Assembly: GCA_963746845.1 (NCBI GenBank)
Contig: CAVVCZ010000004.1
Span: 32,001-96,000, forward strand
Reading direction: 5' to 3'
From: an uncultured Chloroflexia bacterium
GTDB lineage: Bacteria > Chloroflexota > Limnocylindria > Limnocylindrales > CSP1-4
DNA: 64,000 nt
A program made the translations under genes and the position numbers. The notes under the pieces were generated by a model. The model was not told the DNA's origin. It worked only from the letters and a program-made list of their open reading frames with translations, and did not search any database. Shown here piece after piece: positions 56,300-64,000 of the stretch. How positions within the stretch are numbered: the stretch's first letter is position 1; the number at the start of each line of letters is the position of its first letter.

Positions 56300-57585
56300 A
56301 CCCGGAGACGGGCGTCGCGGCGGTCGCGGCCCTCGCCGACGCCAGCGCGGCCGCGGTCGATCGGACGGCTCTCGTCGACGAGCTCGTGGCGATCGTCCGG
56401 ATCCCGAGCATCACCGGCGCCGAGGAGGTCGTCGCCGGCGACCTCGCGTGGCGTCTCGCCGCGGCCGGCATGACCGTCGAGACGATGGCCCCGGACCCGG
56501 CCGCCGTCCGCGCCGACCCGGACTGGCCCGGCGAGGAGACGAACCGCACCAGCCTGCCGGTGGTGATCGGCCGGCTGGGTCCGACCGGGGGTCGCCGGCT
56601 TGTCCTGTCCGGTCACATGGACGTCGTCCCTCCGGGCGACCCAGCCACCTGGAGCGCCCGCCCGTGGAGCGGCGAGATCCGCGACGGCGCCCTGTACGGC
56701 CGTGGCGCCTGCGACATGAAGGGCGGCGTGGCCGCGATCCTCGCCGCCGTTCGCGCGCTCGTTGCGAGCGGCGCGGCCGAGCGCCTCGCCGGCGAGCTCG
56801 TCGTCGCGCTCGTCCCGGGCGAGGAGGACGGCGGCCAGGGCACGCTCGCCGCGATCCGGGCTGGTGCGACGGGCGATCTGGCGATCATCACGGAGCCGTC
56901 GAACCTCGACATCGTCGTCGCCCACGCCGGCGCGATCACGTTCCGCCTGACCGTGCCGGGTCGCGCCGCGCACGCGTCGCAGCGGCGCGAGGGGATCTCC
57001 GCGCTCGACAACCTGTACACCGTCCTCCGCGCGCTCGAGGCCGACGAGACGACCAGGAACGGCGCGGAGACCGACCCGCTGATGACGGTGCTCGGCCTCC
57101 CATACCCGACGATCGTCGGGATCGTGTCGGGTGGCGAGTGGGCGTCGACCGTCCTCGACCGGGTCGTGGCGGACGGGCGGTACGGAGTGCGGCTCGGGCA
57201 GACGCCCGCGGACGCGGCCGCCGACCTGCGGCGCGCGATCGACGCGGCCAATGCCGCCGACCCGTTCCTCCGCGACAACCCGGCGACCGTCGAGATCGTC
57301 GGCGGCCAGTTCGGGTCGGGTCGCGTGCCGTCGGACCATCCGCTGCCGGTCGGGCTCGCGGCGACGGTCGAAGCGGTCACCGGCCGTCGGCCGGCGCTCC
57401 TCGGCGAGCCATATGGCGCAGACATGCGCCTGTTCATCAACGTCGGCGACACGCCGTGCGTGATCTTCGGTCCGGGCGACGTGAAGGTCGCCCACAGCGC
57501 AGACGAGCACGTCCCGCTCGACGAGGTCGAGACCTGCGCACGCGTCCTCGCGGCGTGGGTCGTCCGGGAGCTTGGCGCCGCGTAG
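56296..57585 (+). CDS. ArgE/DapE family M20 deacylase
   Basis: SGHMDVVP, GRGACDMKGG, GEEDGG, TEPS, AHSADE. Confidence 0.92.
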   Translation: MNPETGVAAVAALADASAAAVDRTALVDELVAIVRIPSITGAEEVVAGDLAWRLAAAGMTVETMAPDPAAVRADPDWPGEETNRTSLPVVIGRLGPTGGRRLVLSGHMDVVPPGDPATWSARPWSGEIRDGALYGRGACDMKGGVAAILAAVRALVASGAAERLAGELVVALVPGEEDGGQGTLAAIRAGATGDLAIITEPSNLDIVVAHAGAITFRLTVPGRAAHASQRREGISALDNLYTVLRALEADETTRNGAETDPLMTVLGLPYPTIVGIVSGGEWASTVLDRVVADGRYGVRLGQTPADAAADLRRAIDAANAADPFLRDNPATVEIVGGQFGSGRVPSDHPLPVGLAATVEAVTGRRPALLGEPYGADMRLFINVGDTPCVIFGPGDVKVAHSADEHVPLDEVETCARVLAAWVVRELGAA

Positions 57586-57591
57586 GGATCG

Positions 57592-58860
57592 TCAGGCGGT
57601 CGACAGGACCCGGGTGAGCGCGCCCCGCCGAACCGTGAGGATCCACGCCGGGATCGCGACGAGGACCGCCCCGATGACCCCGAGCGCCGCATATCCCTCC
57701 GCGGCAACGAGGACGCCGGAGCCCAGCGATGCGATCGCCGCCGTGCTCCAGATCAGCGCGTCCGCCACGCCCTGGACGCGCGTCCGCTCCACGATCGAGA
57801 CGCCCCTGGTGAGCAGCGCGCTCCCGGCCACGTAGCCCAGGTTCCACCCGAACCCGAGCAGGAACAGGGCGACGAGCAGGACTCGGTCGTCCTCGACCGG
57901 CGCGGCCGCCGCCATCACGGCGGACACCGCCAGGACGGCCATGCCGCCGTAGATCACCGGCGGGCTCCCGAACCGATCCGTCAGCCGGCCGGAGATCGGC
58001 GCGAACGCGTACATCCCCGCGATATGCGCGCTCAGGACCAGGCCCACGGCCGACAGATCGTGCCCGTGGTCCGTCATGTGGAGGGGCGTCATCGTCATGA
58101 TCAGGACCATCACGAACTGGCTGATGACGAGGGCGATGATCGCGACCGACACCACCGGTCGGCGGAGGATCACCTTCATCGGCGAGGCCGGCTCGGTCGT
58201 GTCCACGGGCCGGCCGTGATGGTCGGCGAGATCGAACGGGTCGGGACGCAGACGGACGTACGAGAGGATCGCCGCGAGACCGACGAGCACGATCGGGACG
58301 AGGTACGGACCCGCGTGATGCGGCAGTCCCAGGGCCATCGCGACCTCGCTGCTCGGCCCGATGATGTTCGGCCCGATGATCGCCCCGACGGTCGCGGCCC
58401 AGACGACGGTCGACAGGGCGGAGGCGCGGCGCTCGGCCGGATACATGTCGGCGGCCGCGTAGCGCGACAGCTGGTTCGCGCTGTTCCCGAAGCCGATCAG
58501 GAGCGATCCGACCAGCAGCACCAGGAAGCTCGCCTCGACGATGCCGACGACGGCGATGAACGCCCCGAGGACCCCGATCCCGTAGCCGGCCACCAGGCCC
58601 GGCCGCCGACCGCGGCGGCTCATCAGCCACGACAGGACGGTGGCGCCGAGCGCCGCCCCGAGCACCACCGCTGCCGCCGGCGCACCGGCGAAGCTCGCCG
58701 ACCCGGTCATGTCCTTCGCCACGATCGTCGCGACGGTGATGGCGGCGATGTGTCCGGTGCTGCCGAGCGCGACGCCGCCGACGAGGGTCCAGACGGTCCG
58801 TCGCCGGAGGTGCTCGAGCTCGGACGCGGGGAGCTCCTGGATCGCGGCAGCCGACGACAT
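57592..58860 (-). CDS. MFS transporter
   Basis: ~12 TM; RRGRRPG and GRLTDRFG motifs; SRYAAAD; HIAGMY. Confidence 0.92.
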   Translation of the reverse strand: MSSAAAIQELPASELEHLRRRTVWTLVGGVALGSTGHIAAITVATIVAKDMTGSASFAGAPAAAVVLGAALGATVLSWLMSRRGRRPGLVAGYGIGVLGAFIAVVGIVEASFLVLLVGSLLIGFGNSANQLSRYAAADMYPAERRASALSTVVWAATVGAIIGPNIIGPSSEVAMALGLPHHAGPYLVPIVLVGLAAILSYVRLRPDPFDLADHHGRPVDTTEPASPMKVILRRPVVSVAIIALVISQFVMVLIMTMTPLHMTDHGHDLSAVGLVLSAHIAGMYAFAPISGRLTDRFGSPPVIYGGMAVLAVSAVMAAAAPVEDDRVLLVALFLLGFGWNLGYVAGSALLTRGVSIVERTRVQGVADALIWSTAAIASLGSGVLVAAEGYAALGVIGAVLVAIPAWILTVRRGALTRVLSTA

Positions 58861-58895
58861 CGCGGCGAGGATACGCGGGCGACGAGGGCCGGGAC

Positions 58896-61800
58896 TCAGA
58901 GTCCCAGCGTCAGCGGCCCGTCCGGCTCGGAGGGAGCCGCCCCAGCATCGACGACGGGTGGCCGTGCCGCTCCGCCCCCCGGACCCGTTCGGGCGACCTC
59001 GGCGAACCGGCACAAGGCGTTGGCGAGGCGCATCTGCTCGGGGTTGCGCGCCCGCACGCGCAGAAGATCGGGCGACAGGGCGACGACCGCGACACAGCGC
59101 GCCCGCGATGTCGCGACGTTCAGCCGGTGGCGGCTGTACAGGAAGTCCATGCCACGCGGCGCCAGGTCGGGGTTCGACGACGTCATCGAGTAGATGCTGA
59201 TGGGCGCCTCCTGGCCCTGGAACTTGTCGACGGTCCCGACGCGTGCCTTCGGTGCCACGCGCTGGATGGAGGCAACCTGGGCGTTGTACGGGGCGACGAT
59301 CAGGAGGTCGTCCCAGCTGATCGGCCGCTCGTCACCCTGGTCGTCGATCCAGCGCGCACCACCCTCGACCAGCCGACGCGCCAGCTCCCCAACTGCGGTC
59401 GCTTCCTCGGGCGACTCGTTGTCCGCGCCCACGGTCGGCGTCTCGAGGAGGCGTGGTCCGGTGCCGTCGACGAGCGACGCCCGCGCGATGGATCGCTGGA
59501 CCGCGAGATGGCTCTCCGGTTGCAGCCGGTCGTCATAGAAGACCTCGGACGTGTATGCGCAGAGGTCCGGGTGCAGGCGCCAGGTGGTCTCGAGGAACAG
59601 CCCTCGCTCCGGTGGCATCGTCCCCCGCCCGTCGAGGATGTGGGCCAGCGCGGATCGGTCCGCGCCGGGCGGGTGCGATCCCTGGAGGGGCTGGTCGAGC
59701 TGCTGGGGATCGCCGAGCAGCACGACGCTGGTTGTCGAGCGGGCCACAGCGATGACGTTCGCCAGTGCGATCTGGCCCGCCTCGTCGACGAACAGGACGT
59801 CGACGGCGTCGACCATCTTCGTCGACGCCCAGAGCCACGACGTGCCTGCCGCAAGGTTGCTCCGGCCGTCGTCGAGTCGGGCGCGGACATCCCCGTTGTC
59901 CTTGCCTCGCGCGACGGTGGGATCGTCGAGGACCTGCTCGGGCTTGCCCCGCTGGACGATCCGGAGCTCGACGGATCCGAAGCCGGGCGACGTCGGATCG
60001 AGGGCGGCCTTCTGGACCGACCGGATCATGTTGCCGATCACCTTGTGGCTTGTGCTCGTGATCCCGACCTTCTTCCCGTCGGCCAGCAGGGCGAGGATCA
60101 TCCGCGCCCCGGTGTACGTCTTCCCCGCGCCCGGGGGTCCCTGGATCGCGAGGGCCGATCGGTCAAGCGCTCGCGCGGTCCGGACGGCGGCATCCAGATC
60201 CGTCTCGTCCCGCAGCGACAGCGGAGCGCCCGGCGCCTGCCCGACCCGCGGCGGCACGTTCAGGAGCAGATCCCGGGCCGCTTGATGCGGACCGTCGCCC
60301 GCGATGTCGTGATCGACCACGTACTCGGCCAGCTCGACCAGCGAGGTCTGATGGTCGTTCGTCCGGAACCAGTTCAACGGGACGATCGCCCGAGGGTGGG
60401 CCCGATCGGCTGGGCGCCGGATGTCGATCGTGCCGGCCGCCTCGTTGATGGCGAGGACGTCCCCGGCGCCCCACGTGAACGGCGAATTGTTCTGGTGCTC
60501 CTGGGCCCACGCGGGGTTGTAGACCTCGCCTGAGCCGATGTCGAAGTCCTGGTCCGGGAACCGATACTGCCAGGTCTGCTTGCCGGTGCCGGGGTCGTCG
60601 AGCAGGGCAACCGGTTCGAGCAGGCCGATCGGCCCGGGTTCGTCGACGAGCTCCTCCGGGGTCAGCTCGAGCATCCACCGGAAGAACGACCACCACATCG
60701 ACCGTTCCTCGCGGCGGTGCCAGCCGAGCAGCTGGGCGAGCAGCCAGCGTGCGTGCTGTTCGGGGTCGCGATCGGCACGGTCCTCGGGGACGCCCTCGGC
60801 CAGCCGGTCGACGAAGCCCTGGACCCGGGCCCTCGCCTCCGTCAGGTCGGCCGGCAGCTCGCCCTCGCGCACGGTCGGGCGCGGGATGGATTGCCCGACG
60901 AGCGCCTGGAGCTCGAGTCGACGACCTTCGAGCCAGTCGCGCAGCTCCCGGTTGCTGACGACATCGTCCCGGTTGTATCGCTCGATTCGATCGAGGTGAT
61001 CCGATTCGGGACGCTCGCCCTCGCCGAGCTCGAGCCACTGTTCGAACGCAACGATGCTGGACCCGGCGTCCCGCAGGTCAACCTCGCGCTCGAACCCGTA
61101 GAACGCCTCCATCTTCTTGATCGAGTAGCTCTCGACCGACGCCCGCATCGACTGGCGGACGGCGCGGAGCAGGTCGATGAGCACGCCGCCGCGCAGGAGC
61201 TGGTCGACCTCGTCCTCGCGGGTGCCGTAGCGGCCCATCAGGCGCTTGAGCGCAGTCGGCTCGTACGCCGCGTAGTGATAGACGTGAAGCGTCGGGTCGG
61301 CCGCGAGACGCTCCATGACGAAGTCGATCAACTGCTCGAACGCCCGTCGCTCCCCGTCCAGCGAGAACTCGCCGTCCTCGTCGCGAGACCAGATGGCATG
61401 AAAGGTTCCCGCCGAGTCGAGAACCCCGAAGAGGTAGTCGAGACCGTCCTCGAACGCGTACGGATCCCCTTCGATGTCGAAGAACAGATCGCCCGGCGAG
61501 GGCTCCGGCAGCGTCGCGAGACCGCGATCGGGATCCACGGTCGCGCCCGGTCCGGGCAGCAGGAGCTCGTATCGATGGTCGTGGGCGAGGCGGCCCTCGA
61601 GCTGGATCCGGGCCTGTTCACGAACCCGCGTCAGCGCTCCGTCGCTCGTTTCCTCGAGCGGCGGCTCGAGCGGCAGACCGAGCCGGCCGAGCTCCGCGAG
61701 CGTGTCGACCCCACGTGCCGTCAGCTCGCGCCGTTGTCGGGCGGAGATCCCGGCGACCAGGCTGAGGTGATCGTCCTGCCGCCTCCGCGTCGCGCACTCG

Positions 61801-62513
61801 GCCGCCCAGCGGCACACGTCGCAGTGGTCGACGGGGTCCGGATACGTCGCCGCGGGCGGGAACGTAGGAGGATCGTCGGCCGCCATCGCCTCGAGGAAGC
61901 GTGCCTTGGCGCTTCGGTAGTAGGCGAGGAAGTCGTCCACCCGGAGCCGCTCGACCGCGCGGGCACTCCCACCCAGGGCCACGTGCATCCATTCCGGACG
62001 CACACCCTGAACACCCTCGAGCAGGTCGACGTACGTGCAGATCTGGAGGATCGCGCTCGCCTTGACGTGCCGAGCGAGCTTGGTGTCGGCCACCTCGTAG
62101 TGCCACGGTCCGAAGGCTGACGGACGGGCCGGATCGTCGATCCGGAGCAGGAAGTCGGCGTGTCCGCGCCACGTCCCGTCGAAGAACGTGGCCTGGTAGA
62201 TGACATCCGCCCCAGCCGCCATCGCGGCAGTGGTCTCAGATGCGGCGGCGCGGAGCTGATCGCCCGCGTCCTCGATCGAGCCGTCCCGTTCGACCGAGAT
62301 GACGGTGCGACCGTCGGCGGCCAGATCCGCCAGGAACCGATGCTCATGCGCGAAGCCCCGCTTCCTGATGATGTCGAGCTCGGGATCGTCCCGGAGCGGC
62401 CGATGGACCAGTCCGGCCAGCGCGGCGCGCTCGAGCTGGGTCAGGTGCTCGCAGGCGAGATATGCGACGAGATCGGTTGCGGCGTAGACCGGCCGACCAT
62501 CGATCTCCTGCAC
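58896..62513 (-). CDS. TM0106-family RecB-like nuclease / RNase H-like / SF1 helicase fusion
   Basis: YAATDL..CEH, GHADFL..VADTKL..Q, FFDIEGDP, SYSIKK, QGPPGAGKT, VDEAGQ, GTVDKFQGQE, RLNVATSRA. Confidence 0.92.
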   Translation of the reverse strand: MQEIDGRPVYAATDLVAYLACEHLTQLERAALAGLVHRPLRDDPELDIIRKRGFAHEHRFLADLAADGRTVISVERDGSIEDAGDQLRAAASETTAAMAAGADVIYQATFFDGTWRGHADFLLRIDDPARPSAFGPWHYEVADTKLARHVKASAILQICTYVDLLEGVQGVRPEWMHVALGGSARAVERLRVDDFLAYYRSAKARFLEAMAADDPPTFPPAATYPDPVDHCDVCRWAAECATRRRQDDHLSLVAGISARQRRELTARGVDTLAELGRLGLPLEPPLEETSDGALTRVREQARIQLEGRLAHDHRYELLLPGPGATVDPDRGLATLPEPSPGDLFFDIEGDPYAFEDGLDYLFGVLDSAGTFHAIWSRDEDGEFSLDGERRAFEQLIDFVMERLAADPTLHVYHYAAYEPTALKRLMGRYGTREDEVDQLLRGGVLIDLLRAVRQSMRASVESYSIKKMEAFYGFEREVDLRDAGSSIVAFEQWLELGEGERPESDHLDRIERYNRDDVVSNRELRDWLEGRRLELQALVGQSIPRPTVREGELPADLTEARARVQGFVDRLAEGVPEDRADRDPEQHARWLLAQLLGWHRREERSMWWSFFRWMLELTPEELVDEPGPIGLLEPVALLDDPGTGKQTWQYRFPDQDFDIGSGEVYNPAWAQEHQNNSPFTWGAGDVLAINEAAGTIDIRRPADRAHPRAIVPLNWFRTNDHQTSLVELAEYVVDHDIAGDGPHQAARDLLLNVPPRVGQAPGAPLSLRDETDLDAAVRTARALDRSALAIQGPPGAGKTYTGARMILALLADGKKVGITSTSHKVIGNMIRSVQKAALDPTSPGFGSVELRIVQRGKPEQVLDDPTVARGKDNGDVRARLDDGRSNLAAGTSWLWASTKMVDAVDVLFVDEAGQIALANVIAVARSTTSVVLLGDPQQLDQPLQGSHPPGADRSALAHILDGRGTMPPERGLFLETTWRLHPDLCAYTSEVFYDDRLQPESHLAVQRSIARASLVDGTGPRLLETPTVGADNESPEEATAVGELARRLVEGGARWIDDQGDERPISWDDLLIVAPYNAQVASIQRVAPKARVGTVDKFQGQEAPISIYSMTSSNPDLAPRGMDFLYSRHRLNVATSRARCVAVVALSPDLLRVRARNPEQMRLANALCRFAEVARTGPGGGAARPPVVDAGAAPSEPDGPLTLGL

Positions 62514-62592
62514 GCGGGAACCTTAGCCCGGGTCCGTGCCACCTCGCCTGTCACGGCGGGCGCCGTACAAGGCCGCCCGCCCGATCCGCATC

Positions 62593-63903
62593 CTAGACGG
62601 GGCGCAGGCTCCGCCAGGTGTCGATCGCCCACTTCCAGTCGTTCGGGTCGTCGAACTCGACGCGGATCGCCGCGCCGCTCCCGGTCACGGCGCTGAACCC
62701 GTCGAGCGTCGCGACCTCGACCCCGGTGCTGGCGTCGGTCGAGATCCGCGCGCGGCCCCGGATCAAGCCGTCGGCGTGCTCGATCGCGTCGGGGCCGAGG
62801 CTGCCTGCGACCCGCTCGAGGAAGGCGGTCGGGGACATCGGGATGTCGTCGATCGCGGTCGCCGCCGCGGCGATCGTCACCGTTCGACCCGCGTCGCTGC
62901 CCGACCACTCGTCGGCCGACCGACGGTCGGTGAAGGACCCCGGCAGGTCGACCCCCCAGCCGGCCTGGATGATCGTGACCGGGCTTCGGCGGTAGCCGAT
63001 GACCGGGGTCGCGGCCCCGTCGCCGGCCCCGGCCGACTCCAGCGTCGCCGCGGCCCGCTGGAGCAGCTGGTGCGTCGAGGGGTCGTTGTGGCCACGCAGG
63101 AGGAACGCCTCGCGCCAGGCCGCCCACGGCCACGGCAGCCCGGGCTCGAGCGGGTAGGCGAACCGGAGCGTCGCCAGGACGTCGTCCAGGACGGCAACCT
63201 CCGGCGTCCCGACCGGCGGCCGCCACCGGACCTCCGTCCAGAGCAGCGTCGACGCCCGTCCGAGGTGGTAGCGCGCGTCCATCGCGTCGGCAGCCCACGG
63301 CCAGATGTCGGCGGCCGTTCGGGGGTCGCCCAGCGCGCGCTCGACCCATGCGTCGTCGCGCGGCCCGAGCACGGTTGCGACGGCGTCATCGAACGTGTAG
63401 CGCACGCCGGTCGGCGTGGCGAGGTGGAGCCCCGACGCGCCCTGCCGGCGCGCATCGCGGACGGCGGCGAGGCTCGAGCGCAGCCAGCCGAGATGGGCGC
63501 GCTCCGCGCCGGCGCGTTCGCCCGTGAAGAGCGCCCCCGTCGGATCGCTCGAGCCGTCGGCGTCGGACTCGGGCTTCCACGTCACGCCGATCTCGGGACC
63601 CAGCCGTCGCAGGAGACCCGCGACATAGGTGTGGTAGCCGGGGCCGACCGGGATCGTCATCGCCTGGACGACGACCCCACCGGTATCGGTCGCCTCGAAC
63701 CGGACCGGCCGAGCGGCCGGATGGAGGGAGACCTCCAGCGCGCCGTCGGCCGTGCGGTCGCCGAGCGCGTGGCCACGGAGCGTGTCCTTCGCGGCGTCCA
63801 CCAGCCACTCGTCGATCGACGTCAGCAGGGCGGCCGCGTGCGGCACGCGATGGGTCGCTCCCCGCCTGGATGCCTGGCCGACAGCCCGGATCGTGATCGA
63901 CAA
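62593..63903 (-). CDS. Hypothetical protein
   Basis: 436-aa ORF with normal codon bias; LHPAA..GPGYH motif; start uncertain. Confidence 0.7.
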   Translation of the reverse strand: MSITIRAVGQASRRGATHRVPHAAALLTSIDEWLVDAAKDTLRGHALGDRTADGALEVSLHPAARPVRFEATDTGGVVVQAMTIPVGPGYHTYVAGLLRRLGPEIGVTWKPESDADGSSDPTGALFTGERAGAERAHLGWLRSSLAAVRDARRQGASGLHLATPTGVRYTFDDAVATVLGPRDDAWVERALGDPRTAADIWPWAADAMDARYHLGRASTLLWTEVRWRPPVGTPEVAVLDDVLATLRFAYPLEPGLPWPWAAWREAFLLRGHNDPSTHQLLQRAAATLESAGAGDGAATPVIGYRRSPVTIIQAGWGVDLPGSFTDRRSADEWSGSDAGRTVTIAAAATAIDDIPMSPTAFLERVAGSLGPDAIEHADGLIRGRARISTDASTGVEVATLDGFSAVTGSGAAIRVEFDDPNDWKWAIDTWRSLRPV

Positions 63904-64000
63904 CGGCTTCCTCGAGTGGCTCGACGTCCGACGATACCTCCCGTCGATCCGGCGGACCAGCCCGCGCGTTCACCCAATGGTCCTGTGCGATCCTTGGTCG

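Noticed and set aside
1-64000. tRNA, rRNA, transposase or integrase genes
   Set aside because: No recognisable signatures found by eye

Overview
High-GC bacterial chromosomal window. A Chloroflexota or Actinomycetota origin is tentative, inferred from GC content, F420 genes and many leaderless starts. Positions 1-13.3 kb are the distal half of a translationally coupled extracellular contractile injection system (eCIS, Afp/PVC-like) operon. It encodes two baseplate-wedge proteins, a P2 gpI-like protein, an Afp13-like fibre, an Afp14-like tape measure, an Afp15-like AAA ATPase, and a 1766-aa effector. The effector has a degenerate DUF4157 domain and a codon-atypical His-rich C-terminal tip, and is followed by a small candidate immunity gene. 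The rest is mostly housekeeping: an F420 block (cofE, cofC, cofD, LLM and PPOX enzymes), mtnP, IMPase, 5'-3' exonuclease, pncA, an ECF sigma/anti-sigma pair, aceE, small stress proteins next to a PAS/GAF kinase, a MarR-linked amidinotransferase/deacylase cluster and a TM0106 nuclease-helicase. The strongest non-obvious signal is a complete ribosome-dependent attenuator upstream of a LysE transporter, made of a TTGACA-17-CACAGT promoter, a leaderless 23-aa Gln-Gln-Gln leader peptide and 1:2/2:3/3:4 stems. Also seen are candidate sRNAs, a shared CGACTGCAAC upstream motif, REP/MITE-like palindromes between convergent genes, and four +1 insertions that look like assembly errors. All family calls come from motif recognition by eye; no database search was run.
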